A DNA stretch of 64,000 nt, from the NCBI RefSeq assembly GCF_009914755.1, contig NC_060947.1; one strand, written 5' to 3'. Numbering within the stretch: position 1 is the stretch's first letter; the number at the start of each line of letters is the position of its first letter. The position numbers and the translations under genes are program-made. This document shows positions 48,127-62,018 of this stretch, piece after piece. Source of the DNA: the human T2T-CHM13v2.0 reference genome, Homo sapiens. A model generated the notes under the pieces. The model saw nothing but the letters and a program-made list of their open reading frames with translations, made no database searches and was not told where the DNA came from.

Positions 48127-49442
48127 TGAGGTGGTTCCCTGCCCTCCTTTGCCTTGGCCATAAGGGGCTGCAGCCCACAGCTGACCAATCCCTGCCTCAC
48201 AGGGATGCCAGATCTGTTCTTCTCCATTGGGGTCTGTCTGAAGACTGTGTTATGCTGCTCAAGAGACATTTGCATATAGTGTCAGACTCTGTTGTTGTTT
48301 TTCTGGCTTTCCAAATAAAAAGCCTTTTTGTTTTCCCTCTGTCTACCTGGTTACAGAACTTTATTACCCTGGAGGCAGGTGCTTATATAGAACCAGAGAT
48401 TGAGTAATTTCTTTCACCCATCCCTGGTTCCATTTTCTCAGTTCTTTTTACTGATTTAGATCTCTTATATCAGAAGTTCACAGGGGAGAGAGAGAAATAA
48501 GCAAACCGAGGACATGGGGAGCTCAAATAGTCTTTTAATATTGACAGCTAGTGTACAGAGCTTTCCCCTTTTGTAAACTTCAAAGTCAAAAGCTCTAAAA
48601 CACTCATTATTTTTGTTTTTGTATCACAATAACACACAAAATGAACAAAGCAGGCAATATCCTTATTTCCTGGCGAAGGAAATAGAGGTGCAGAGGTACT
48701 CACACTGACTTTCCCCATCTGGTGCAGCTCATCTGAGGCAGAGCCAGAGCCAGACCTGGAAGCTTAGCACCTTAATATTTTAACACTAAGTTTTTTCCTA
48801 CTATACCCAATGGCCATTTCCATAGTCTTTTGGATTAGAAGGAAAAGCTTTGCTTCATTCTGGGAGCCTCAGTCCCATTGGAGTTATGGCATATATGTAC
48901 AACACACCCATAAGATATTAGGGATAGTGCTTGTACCCTGGGGACTCTACCTGAGTCATTGCCATGATATCTGAGATGGCATGTTTAAAGCAAACCTTGT
49001 TTATAATCTAGTAGGTCTTGGAGGTTGGGCCTGTTGGTTTTTCTGAAAGCCATTAGGACTCAGTTCATTGCTCTGTAGCCAAAGGCCATCCTTTCATTTC
49101 TGAGCAGTATTCTTATAAACATAGAGTGTTGGTCCTAAGAGGATCTAGGAGAGAGTGTACCTGACTCCATGAGGTCCATCCCTACTGTTAGCCCCTAAAG
49201 TCAGCACAAACTCCTGACACATTACTGCTATGCTTAGGGACCACAGCACATCATTTGATTTGTGGATGAAGGTACAAAGGAAGGTGTTCCCCTTGTTGTT
49301 TTTGATCATCCATTCTTGTAGCTCTCTTACCTTTCAGGCAATTCCTTGTGTCTAGTTTAACACCTTCTTGCTATAATTTCGGTCTGCTTCCAGTGTGACC
49401 TCAATTGGCTGACTCTACATCCTCTTTGCATCAGCCCCTTAG

Positions 49443-49604
<162 letters not shown>

Positions 49605-50152
49605 TAAGCTTGCCCAAGCAGTGGTGGGCCCCACTTCCCTTACAGGGTGAATGAGAATGCGTTCTAGGGAGAAGAGACTGATGACAAGGGACATTGGTGG
49701 ATGTTGGAGAAAGAGGGAACAGGGACGATAGAAGGCAAACTAGGACCATTATAAGGCTGTTTTTTGTTTGCTTGTTTGTTTGTTTTGCTGAATGCTGGTA
49801 ACTGGTAGCCCAAACAGTTTTGACTATCAAGAAATGGAGGGAGCTCTTACACATGGCAAAGCATTTTTGAGGGTTGTGTAGTTGAAGGACAAATATCATC
49901 ATTTTGCCATCACCACATTCTGAGCCCTGCTAAGAATGTGCCTTTATAAGAGGCTGTCACAATGAATGAGAGAAAGAAAATTGCTTCTATGGCAGCCAAC
50001 ATGCCAGAGGCCAGCAAGGGTCAGCCCATCTTTATTCCCCTTGGGAGCTTAGACCCTAGGTTTTTGTTAGGAGATTTTGCTTTGCAAAAGTCATGCTGTG
50101 CTCTGTTCTCCATCATCTGCTTGCCTTTTGTCCCCTTTCCCACTCCTGATAG

Positions 50153-50416
<264 letters not shown>

Positions 50417-50576
50417 TAGTTTATTTAGGTCACGTTAACATCTAGGGCTCACTTTTCACCAAGGAGCAGGGCCATATCTCTTGGGTCCCATCTCAGTTCT
50501 TTTTCTACCTAATTTAGTCCAGCCCAGATGATTTCACAACTTCCCTTAGTCAATACTAAATCCTGTATTGACTAGA

Positions 50577-50902
50577 CTCACACTGTCAACTATGGTAGCC
50601 ACCAGCCACATGGGGCTATTGAACACTTGAAATGTGGCTACTTTGAATTGAGATGTGCTGCTGTAAGTGTAAACTACACACTGGACTTTGAAGACTTAGT
50701 GTGAAAAACAGAACGTAAAATGTCTTAATATTTTAAAAAATATTTATTTACATGTTTAAATGATAATATTTTAGATATATTGGGTTAACTAAACTTACTA
50801 TAATTTTATTACATCCATTTCTTTTTACTTATTTTCATGTGGCTACTAGAAAACTTAAAATTATATATGTGACAGTCATTATGTTTTTATTGGATCGTGC
50901 AG
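50577..50902. mobile_element. MER33-like hAT-Charlie element in intron 6
   Basis: atggtagccaccagccacat...cacttgaaatgtggcta...atgtggctactagaaaa; probable 8-bp TSD g(a/c)ctagac. Confidence 0.8.
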
Positions 50903-51347
50903 GCCTAGACTATCTTATCAGCATTTGTAATTAGTCTCCTGTGATGGTTAAGTGGCTTTTGGCCTATAATCCTCTCACTGTAGCCTTATCCCACTTGCTT
51001 ATATTTTTCACTTGGTGTGCTCTTGGTGAGGATGGAGAGCAATAAATTATTGTTCCATATAACTCCTGAATCTTGGAGTTCATTATTTACTTTCTCTCAA
51101 ACTTTTGTAAGCTTGGATAGAAGAGACTCAGTTAAATAGGGCTGGGGATTCCCTTGAGGAACTGTTACAAGTTCCATGCCTCAAACAAATACATAACAAA
51201 ACAAACTTGAGACAAGGAATCATATGTTAGTTGTACTATCAGGAGATCTTTAGTGAACTCTCAATGCTGGCAGCTGACCTGGTGGCGTGTGATGACACTG
51301 GCTGAGCTGTCACTGAGTCTACCTCCTCCAGAGAGAAGTGTTTGTTT

Positions 51348-51490
51348 GGCCAGGCTCAGTGGCTCACGCCTGTAATCCCAGCACTTTGGGAGGCTGAGGA
51401 GGGAAGATTGCTCAAGCCCAAGAGTTCAAGACCAACCTGGGTAACATAGTGAGACCTCGTCTCTATTTATTTTAAAAAAAAAAAAAGAGA
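51348..51490 (+). mobile_element. Alu monomer (FLAM-like) in intron 6
   Basis: Single arm with A tail. Confidence 0.88.
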
Positions 51491-51596
51491 GAGAGAGACA
51501 TAGAAGCTTGGAGGTGACAGTGAGGGCAAGCCCCCAGTTCTCTACACCCTTCTTGTCTTGCCCTTGTCCTGATGTTATTGGTTTCTATTTCTACAG

Positions 51597-51693
51597 ACTA
51601 ACTCCCAAGATAGGCTTCCCCTGGAGTGAAATCAGGAACATCTCTTTCAATGATAAGAAATTTGTCATCAAGCCCATTGACAAAAAAGCCCCG
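51597..51693 (+). CDS. MSN: Moesin exon 7 (97 nt), (R)[37 protein letters not shown]3
   Basis: ctatttctacag|A CTA...GCCCCG|gtgagt. Confidence 0.97.
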
Positions 51694-51959
51694 GTGAGTG
51701 ATTCCTCCCTCTGACCAAGACAGGTACTTGCCAAGGCCTGCATAATGAGCAATCATGCTATTCTATTTTTCTCTTCCTTTTCTGATGTGTTTGTGTGTAC
51801 GTGTGTGCGCGCATGTGCACGAACAGGAAGCACAAATAGAGATTGGGAATGGAGGGGGATGTTGATGCCAAGAAATGGCCAGCAGACATCCTGTACCTGG
51901 TTCTACTCTGCTACCTGTCTCTCTCACTGTGGATGTGGGAGAGCCACAGGCAGTGTTAA

Positions 51960-52559
<600 letters not shown>

Positions 52560-53387
52560 TAGCCTGCAGCTGACAAGACCAGACAGCTGGTGATTGTGGG
52601 TAGGTTAGGAAACTGAGCTGAGTGTCCCCTTTTCTGGGATACTGCATGTCCAACAAGGCCCAGTGACAATGCTGAGCCTGACCCTTTTCATGAAGGCTCA
52701 GTGATTCTTCTCCAGCCATGAGGTGCCTGAACTTCCCCTGCTAGGGACTTTACACATGTTGTCTCCTTAAACCCTCAGCAACATGGTCAGGTAGGTACTA
52801 AGTAGCATACTAATTTTATGGCTGACAAAACTGAGGTTAGAGAGATGGAGTGATTTGCCCAAGATCACACAGCTAAAAATGGTAGAGCTGGGATTTATAC
52901 CTGCACCCCAAGCTATATGAGACAGTAGCAGTGTGTGGTCAGTGGCAGAGGAGATGGTGGTGCCCATCAGCTGGTGACTTCGGTCCAGTGGTATTTGTAG
53001 TAACAAACTCAAACTCACTGGATTTTCTTGTGTGTTTTCTTTTATTGCTGCTGTGCTCAACTATTATCAGAAAAAGTTAAGTAACAAAGCCAGCTGAGAT
53101 CAAGGGCTCATTTTAAAAACAACAACCAGGACAAGCAGTGATCAGGAGATTTATGTATTCATGTATGTATTTACAGCCTGCCTTGTTCCAAAAAGGATTT
53201 AAGGGGCTGGGTCTAGGATTTGCTTTTAGGAGATTGTAGAAACAGTCCAGCCACCCATACTGCACCCACCAGGGTATTATTCAGGGGTCATTTGGCTTCC
53301 AAAAGAGGTCACCTGAGACCTAGCATGTTCCCTAATTAGCAGAGAAAGTTTGAATCCTTCAACTTGATTAAGAGTAATTTAGGATGC

Positions 53388-53449
53388 TTTCACAAGCAAA
53401 GATTGAAAGAAATTGTGGTTTCATAAGCAAAGATTGAAAGAAATTATGG
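53388..53449. repeat. 31-bp tandem duplication with 2 mismatches
   Basis: tttcacaagcaaagattgaaagaaattgtgg / tttcataagcaaagattgaaagaaattatgg. Confidence 0.9.
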
Positions 53450-53661
53450 GAAGAACATGGGTTTCAGAGTCAAGAAACCTGGGTTTCTAGTCTTGGGTCT
53501 GTCTACTGTCTAACCCTGGGCAAGTCACTTTACCACTCTGATAATTAGTCTTCCCATCTGTAGTGCAGGAGGTCAGATTAAATATTCTTTCCAGTGCTTT
53601 TGGATTTAGCTTTTCAGAAGGCAGAAGATCACCTTCACCTGTCCCTCCAAATTCTTTCTGA

Positions 53662-53844
<183 letters not shown>

Positions 53845-54124
53845 TAGGTGCTGCACACTGATGTGGGGGGCCAGGGCTGGGGCAAGGAAGCTTCTCAAAG
53901 GTGCCCTGCATGCTAAGTCAGGACATGAGGCCAACCTAGGACTTCATAGATGAGAGGTTAGACACCAATATTCACATTTATTCAGAAAAAATCTACCAAG
54001 TTTGAGGGGCAGTTTTTACAGAGCTGGATCTAGCAGGAAACTGCCCTGTAGGACCTCACAGTCTACTCAGTCTAGTAGCAGAGAGAGGGAAAACAATATA
54101 TACATAACTCAAGGTACAAAGGCC

Positions 54125-54400
54125 ATGTCATTCATTCACTTAATAAATATTTATTGAGCAATGAATAAGAAAAGACCAAAAATCTCTGCTTTTGTGAAGC
54201 TAGCATTCTAGTGGGGAGGAGACGAACATAATAAATAAGCAAATTATGTGGTACATAAGATGGTTAAGAAGTGCTATGGAGACAAAAACATAGAAGAGGG
54301 ATGGGGAGAAGGGTAAGCCAAGTATTCTGAGGGCCCAGATGGAGAATACCTAGCCAAGGGAGATAAGAAGGTTCCTGGAAGAGGTGCTAGGGCAAGAAAA
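54125..54400 (-). mobile_element. L2 fragment in intron 8
   Basis: cattcattcacttaataaatatttattgagca...cattctagtggggagg. Confidence 0.6.
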
Positions 54401-54850
54401 AGCAAAAGCAAATACTTATTCCAGATTTGTAACAGACTCTGGGAAAAAGAAGCCTAGAGCTGGGCTTTAGGGCAGGCAGTGTTAGACCTGAGGACTGATG
54501 CACTAGCCGTAGAGATTACTAGACTTGAAGCACTTCATCCCAGCACAGAGCCAAAACTTGTCTCCCTAACAAGGTGGATAGGGCAGGTCTTATTGGACCA
54601 TTTTCAAGATAGGGGAACAAGAGCAAAGCAGTGACATAGCTAAGGTCACCCAGTGGGTTGGTGGGAGAGCTAGGATTCCTGACTCAGGGGTACATTGACA
54701 GGGCCCCGTGTACACTGGCCTATGTGGGGCTATGATATGAGGACAAGGGTATAGAGGTAAGGGAGGGTGGCCCAAACTCACAATCCCTAAGTGTGTTGGG
54801 AAGGTTGGGTTGAGAGACCCAGAGGCAGCAAGCCTTGGAATTCCCCAGGC

Positions 54851-55148
54851 TTTTTTTTTTTTTTTTAGATGGAGTCTTGCTCTTTTGCCCACGCTGGAGT
54901 GCAGTGGCGCAATCTCAGCTCACTGCAACCTCCGCCTCCTGTCTTCAAGCAATTCTCCTGCCTCAGCCTCCTGAGTAGCTAGGACTACAGGCGCATGCCA
55001 CTATGCCCAGCCAATTTTTTTTGTATTTTTAGTAGAGACGGGGTTTCACTGTGTTAGCCAGGATGGTCTCGATCTCCTGACCTCGTGATCTGCCCACCTC
55101 GGCCTCCCAAAGTGCTGGGATTACAGGTGTGAGCCACCGCGCCTGGCC
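54851..55148 (-). mobile_element. Alu (Sc-like) ending 60 bp before exon 9
   Basis: ttagccaggatggtctcgatctc; TSD tccccaggcttt. Confidence 0.93.
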
Positions 55149-55207
55149 TCCCCAGGCTTTTGTGGAGCGTTGTTATCCTGTTCTATCCATTTTATCTCCT
55201 TCCCTAG

Positions 55208-55338
55208 TGCTATGCTGGAAAATGAGAAGAAGAAGCGTGAAATGGCAGAGAAGGAGAAAGAGAAGATTGAACGGGAGAAGGAGGAGCTGATGGAGAGGCT
55301 GAAGCAGATCGAGGAACAGACTAAGAAGGCTCAGCAAG
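55208..55338 (+). CDS. MSN: Moesin exon 9 (131 nt), (R)[16 protein letters not shown]...KKAQQ(E), helical region
   Basis: ccttccctag|T GCT...CAAG|gtgagg. Confidence 0.97.
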
Positions 55339-55454
55339 GTGAGGCTTGGAGTCACCTTGGAGATTGGATTTTTCCAGGCCTAACTCTGAGCTGGAGAACC
55401 TTCTGCCTGAGCTGTAGACTCAGACAATGTAGTTCAGGTGTGGCTACAGACTAG

Positions 55455-55760
<306 letters not shown>

Positions 55761-56244
55761 TAGGGTGGGCTGGGATTATGGGAACTGAACTTTCTTCCTT
55801 GTCTGCCTACTTACTTATAGCTACTTTTGCTTACATGCTGGCTTTTTAGAGCAGGCTACCACTCCATGGGCCTCCAGCAAATAACTAGTTCAGAAGCAAG
55901 CTGAGAAGTCACTAGTGTGGCCCAGAAATTTTTGCAGTCTTCCCTAACCCTTAGTTTCTGTTCACTTTCTTAACTCTTGGGTATCTGAGCTGATTGACCT
56001 GGCAAAGGAAAGGGAAGGAGAAAAGAACAAAAGGGACTCATATTTGAGCTCCTGCTGTATGTTGCTGTGTTGGGAATATTTCCCTTTTCCTTACTTATTT
56101 CTTCTTCCCAGTAACCCTATGGGATTAACCTCATATGAGATAATATCCCAGATAAGGAAATTAGAGCTCAGGGAAGAGATTCACCAAAGATCACACAATT
56201 GTAGCTAAATAAGGATTAGAACCCACCCATTTCTGCCTCTGTTT

Positions 56245-56370
56245 GAAAGCTTTGCTCCCTGAAATCACATGCAAAACTATGTGTCTATGCATTTTTGGGG
56301 CATTTGGCATCCATACTTTCATCACAGTTTCCAAGGGTTCTGTGACTCAGAAGTTAAGAACCTGTGGTCC
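56245..56370. mobile_element. MER103-like hAT fragment in intron 10
   Basis: ccctgaaatc.catgcaaaa...tccatactttcatca...gttaagaac. Confidence 0.5.
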
Positions 56371-56937
56371 AAACTCCTTGACATATACTCTTCCTTTGTA
56401 CTGTTGGAGGTGGGAAAAGAGGGAACCAAGACCTGTCTCTCATGAGGAAGCTGTCATGGGAGATTTACCCAAGGTGTGCATAAGCTTTTTTCCTTGTTCA
56501 GATAGCTTTGTGACACTTGAGTGTCTTTCCTGTACTTGTCCTGGGAAGACTCTTAGTCGAATCCTGAGCATTCTAGGATATCAGGAAAGGATCTGCCACT
56601 TCAGGAAGTGACCCAATGATGGCCAAAGCTTTACTGAGGCCCCCAGCTGCATACTTGCCAAGAGGGGCAGGGGGAGAGATAATGAGGAAGGGACAGAGAT
56701 GGCATATTGTTTGTCTTCAAGAGGCCTACAGTCTAGGTGGGGGAGCTCTGACTTAAAAGGAAGTGGTGGTCAGGGAAGATGGGACTGGAATGAAGTAGTC
56801 TGGTAAAAGAGTCTCTGAGGCAGCAAGCAAGTGGAGCAGTAGGTCCCTTACTAGTCCCCCAGGGGACTTGGGTTGAAGACACCTGGGTCCTGAGGACCAG
56901 AAGGCCCAGCTCTCACAGGCTTCCAATTTATCCGTAG

Positions 56938-57045
<108 letters not shown>

Positions 57046-57352
57046 TAAAGCAAAGCATTGAAGGAATGGGTGCCATATGCATAGGTAACAGCTCCTTAGA
57101 TTCCTTATGTTTTGGCTCCCTCCCTCTTTCATACTTCCCACAGCAGGCAGCATGGGAGAAGGCACTCATGGTTTCGTCAAATACTTACTGGAGTTCTCTA
57201 ATACCTCTAGGAAGTTGGTACAATTGCTCTTGTTTTATGGATGAAGAAACTAAGGATCAGGCAGATGAAGTGCCTTGTCCTACCTGGTGCCTGCCTCTTG
57301 CCAGACCGTTCTAGGCATATACAGGATGCCACAGTTTAACTGGTCTCACTGA

Positions 57353-57616
<264 letters not shown>

Positions 57617-58114
57617 TAGGGCCAAGGGGCAAGGAAACTATATGCATTGATTTAGTAGCCCATGGCATTCCCTAGACCATCATGGGGGATAGGTATAAGA
57701 TCCTGTCCCAGTGTTGTATGGGAGCCCAAGCCGTTCTTAAGTGACAGCTTTAAGGATAGGCACCTCTCACTTATTAATCAGACCTTGGGCTATCTCTTCC
57801 CTTTTTGAGATTTTCTCTCTGCCCCACCTCCCACTCACTCCATTCACCTCTTACATTAAGAAAATATCTAGCTGACAAAATTCCCACCTGAATCTTTTGT
57901 ATGTTGTTCTACTCTTAAAGGATACCCATTATCAACTGGTCCCCTAAGTTTATTTATTTTTTTTTAATATTCTTGCCCCACTGCAGTTCTAACAGAGTTG
58001 GAAATGACTCTCAATATTTATATATAGAGAGAAAGGGTGAGGAAGAAAGAAGGAAACAGAAGAGAAGGGAAGTCTGGTCAAATAACAGGAGGTAAAATGA
58101 GAGAAAGCCATTGA

Positions 58115-58306
<192 letters not shown>

Positions 58307-60345
58307 TGGGCACCCAGCCTCTAGGGACCCCTCCTCCCTTTTTCCTTGTCCCCACACTCCTACACCTAACTCACCTAACTCATACTGTGCTGGAGCCACT
58401 AACTAGAGCAGCCCTGGAGTCATGCCAAGCATTTAATGTAGCCATGGGACCAAACCTAGCCCCTTAGCCCCCACCCACTTCCCTGGGCAAATGAATGGCT
58501 CACTATGGTGCCAATGGAACCTCCTTTCTCTTCTCTGTTCCATTGAATCTGTATGGCTAGAATATCCTACTTCTCCAGCCTAGAGGTACTTTCCACTTGA
58601 TTTTGCAAATGCCCTTACACTTACTGTTGTCCTATGGGAGTCAAGTGTGGAGTAGGTTGGAAGCTAGCTCCCCTCCTCTCCCCTACCACTGTCTTCTTCA
58701 GGGTCCTGAGATTTACACGGTTGGAGTGTTATGCGGTCTAGGGAATGAGACAGGACCTAGGATATCTTCTCCAGGATGTCAACTGACCTAAAATTTGCCC
58801 TCCCATCCCGTTTAGAGTTATTTAGGCTTTGTAACGATTGGGGGATAAAAAGATGTTCAGTCATTTTTGTTTCTACCTCCCAGATCGGATCTGTTGCAAA
58901 CTCAGCCTCAATAAGCCTTGTCGTTGACTTTAGGGACTCAATTTCTCCCCAGGGTGGATGGGGGAAATGGTGCCTTCAAGACCTTCACCAAACATACTAG
59001 AAGGGCATTGGCCATTCTATTGTGGCAAGGCTGAGTAGAAGATCCTACCCCAATTCCTTGTAGGAGTATAGGCCGGTCTAAAGTGAGCTCTATGGGCAGA
59101 TCTACCCCTTACTTATTATTCCAGATCTGCAGTCACTTCGTGGGATCTGCCCCTCCCTGCTTCAATACCCAAATCCTCTCCAGCTATAACAGTAGGGATG
59201 AGTACCCAAAAGCTCAGCCAGCCCCATCAGGACTCTTGTGAAAAGAGAGGATATGTTCACACCTAGCGTCAGTATTTTCCCTGCTAGGGGTTTTAGGTCT
59301 CTTCCCCTCTCAGAGCTACTTGGGCCATAGCTCCTGCTCCACAGCCATCCCAGCCTTGGCATCTAGAGCTTGATGCCAGTAGGCTCAACTAGGGAGTGAG
59401 TGCAAAAAGCTGAGTATGGTGAGAGAAGCCTGTGCCCTGATCCAAGTTTACTCAACCCTCTCAGGTGACCAAAATCCCCTTCTCATCACTCCCCTCCAAA
59501 GAGGTGACTGGGCCCTGCCTCTGTTTGACAAACCTCTAACCCAGGTCTTGACACCAGCTGTTCTGTCCCTTGGAGCTGTAAACCAGAGAGCTGCTGGGGA
59601 TTCTGGCCTAGTCCCTTCCACACCCCCACCCCTTGCTCTCAACCCAGGAGCATCCACCTCCTTCTCTGTCTCATGTGTGCTCTTCTTCTTTCTACAGTAT
59701 TATGTACTCTACTGATATCTAAATATTGATTTCTGCCTTCCTTGCTAATGCACCATTAGAAGATATTAGTCTTGGGGCAGGATGATTTTGGCCTCATTAC
59801 TTTACCACCCCCACACCTGGAAAGCATATACTATATTACAAAATGACATTTTGCCAAAATTATTAATATAAGAAGCTTTCAGTATTAGTGATGTCATCTG
59901 TCACTATAGGTCATACAATCCATTCTTAAAGTACTTGTTATTTGTTTTTATTATTACTGTTTGTCTTCTCCCCAGGGTTCAGTCCTCAAGGGGCCATCCT
60001 GTCCCACCATGCAGTGCCCCTAGCTTAGAGCCTCCCTCAATTCCCCCTGGCCACCACCCCCCACTCTGTGCCTGACCTTGAGGAGTCTTGTGTGCATTGC
60101 TGTGAATTAGCTCACTTGGTGATATGTCCTATATTGGCTAAATTGAAACCTGGAATTGTGGGGCAATCTATTAATAGCTGCCTTAAAGTCAGTAACTTAC
60201 CCTTAGGGAGGCTGGGGGAAAAGGTTAGATTTTGTATTCAGGGGTTTTTTGTGTACTTTTTGGGTTTTTTAAAAATTGTTTTTGGAGGGGTTTATGCTCA
60301 ATCCATGTTCTATTTCAGTGCCAATAAAATTTAGGAAGACTTCAC
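58307..60345 (+). other. MSN: MSN 3' UTR, about 2.0 kb; 3' end approximate
   Basis: No recognisable interspersed repeat between TAA and the poly(A) signal at 60323. Confidence 0.85.
60323..60328 (+). terminator. Polyadenylation signal AATAAA of MSN
   Basis: Upstream TGTA and U-rich tracts (60231-60283), CA dinucleotides near 60343-60346, downstream GT-rich tract gttctttgtggt. Confidence 0.85.
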
Positions 60346-61068
60346 AGTGACTCAATCGTTCTTTGTGGTATGAGTGGGTAGCTGTAAGATATTTCACTGC
60401 AGTTTCTATTTATATATTACCTTCTTATCTTTGGTCTCATTTCATCTATACCTCAGTTCTATGGAGAGGGGTGATATGACTATCCCCATTTTATATAGGA
60501 GAGAATGGGCTCAAAAAAGTATAATAACTTCCCAAGGTCACAGGACTGTCTAACTTAATAGTCTGTGCCCTTTCGGTAGTTCCAGGCCAACTTTTCTACT
60601 GTGGGTGTGGATCCTGCATTGACCATGTGATGCTCCTGGACTTGCCTGGCATTGGGACCTAAGAGGTACTTATTTGTATCTCTTGATTTCTCTTGGGATG
60701 CTCAGGCCCTGTCCTGCCTCTTTGTCAGGAAGGTCTTCAGGCTTTTCCTGCCTCCTACTACCCTCACATATTGTAGTGCCAATAAAGGTCAGGGAAACTA
60801 CCTTGGGCCCTGTTGCAGAAGGCAGTGGGGAATGGAGTGTGAAGTGAGGATGGAGAGTGTGTGTATGTACAAAAGCTATTGGGTAGTACTTTATAGTTTA
60901 TAAAACATGTATAAAACATTTTGTAGCCTAGATATGGTTATCCTCATTTTGCAGATGAGGAAACTGAGGCCAGACAAACCTTCTAAACTGTCCTGGACCT
61001 GGCACTCTCACTTACCACTTTCCTTCCTGGTAAGCCAACACTTGCAAGGAAAAGTAAGTTATCATATA

Positions 61069-61260
61069 TTTCCTTCCTTCCTTCCTTCCTTCCTTCCTTC
61101 CTTCCTTCCTTCCTTCCTTCCTTCCTTCCCTCCTTCCCTCCTTCCCTCCTTCCTCTCCCTTCCTTCCTTCCTTCCTTCCTTCCTTCCTTCCTTCCTTCCT
61201 TCCTTCCTTCCTTCCTTCCTTCCTTTCTTTCTCTCTCTCTCTCTGTCTCTCTCTCTCTCT
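61069..61260. repeat. Polypyrimidine (TTCC)n/(CT)n tract, about 190 bp
   Basis: Read directly; sits at the tail of the adjacent antisense Alu. Confidence 0.95.
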
Positions 61261-61538
61261 TACTCTTTTTATGGAGTCTCTGTTGCCCACTCTGGAGTGG
61301 AGTGGTGCAATCCTGCCTCATTGCAACCTTTAAGCGATTCTCCTCCTGCCTCAGCCTCCGTAGGAGGTGGGACTACAGACACACACCATCATGCCTGGCT
61401 AATTTTTGTATTTTTAGTAGAGATGGGGTTTCACCATGTTGGCCAGGCTGGTCTTGAACTCCTGGCCTCAAGTGATCTGCCTGCCTCGGCCTCCCAAAGT
61501 GCTGGGATTACAGGTGGGAGCCCATGAGGCCTGGCCCA
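61261..61538 (-). mobile_element. Alu, diverged
   Basis: Antisense dimer; TSD agttatc(a/g)tat. Confidence 0.88.
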
Positions 61539-62018
61539 GTTATCGTATGTTTTGTGAGCTTTAAATCCTTAACAACAACCCTTTGAGGCAGTGGCTCAAA
61601 AACTTGTCTGCACATTAGAATCCTTTAAAGATTCCAAAGCCCAGACCATATCTTCAAATCAAATTATAACCTCTAGTATTGGGATCCAGGCACCAGTGTA
61701 TGTATTTGATGATTCCAGTATGTCCTCCTGGGGGTGGGCAGACATATACTAGGAAGAGGAGACATTTGCACAGCTTCAATTCTAAGGTAGCAGATATAGT
61801 TCGAAGTCCCTAGAACATCAGTGTAGGAGGAGGCCTTAGGAGTCTCTGCTAATGATTATCCCAACTGTTGTTGCCTTGGAAAGTGAAGGAGTTTTAGATC
61901 CCCTCCAACCACAACCAGAGGATCTCTGTTTTTGGATATTGGGTTGTATGTGTGTAAATGATTTATTTATTTATTTATTTTAAATGGAAAACAGGTAGAC
62001 TTCTCCCAGGAAGATGGA

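Noticed and set aside
60907-61527. 206-aa ORF with PSFL repeats
   Set aside because: Translation of the (TTCC)n tract and an Alu
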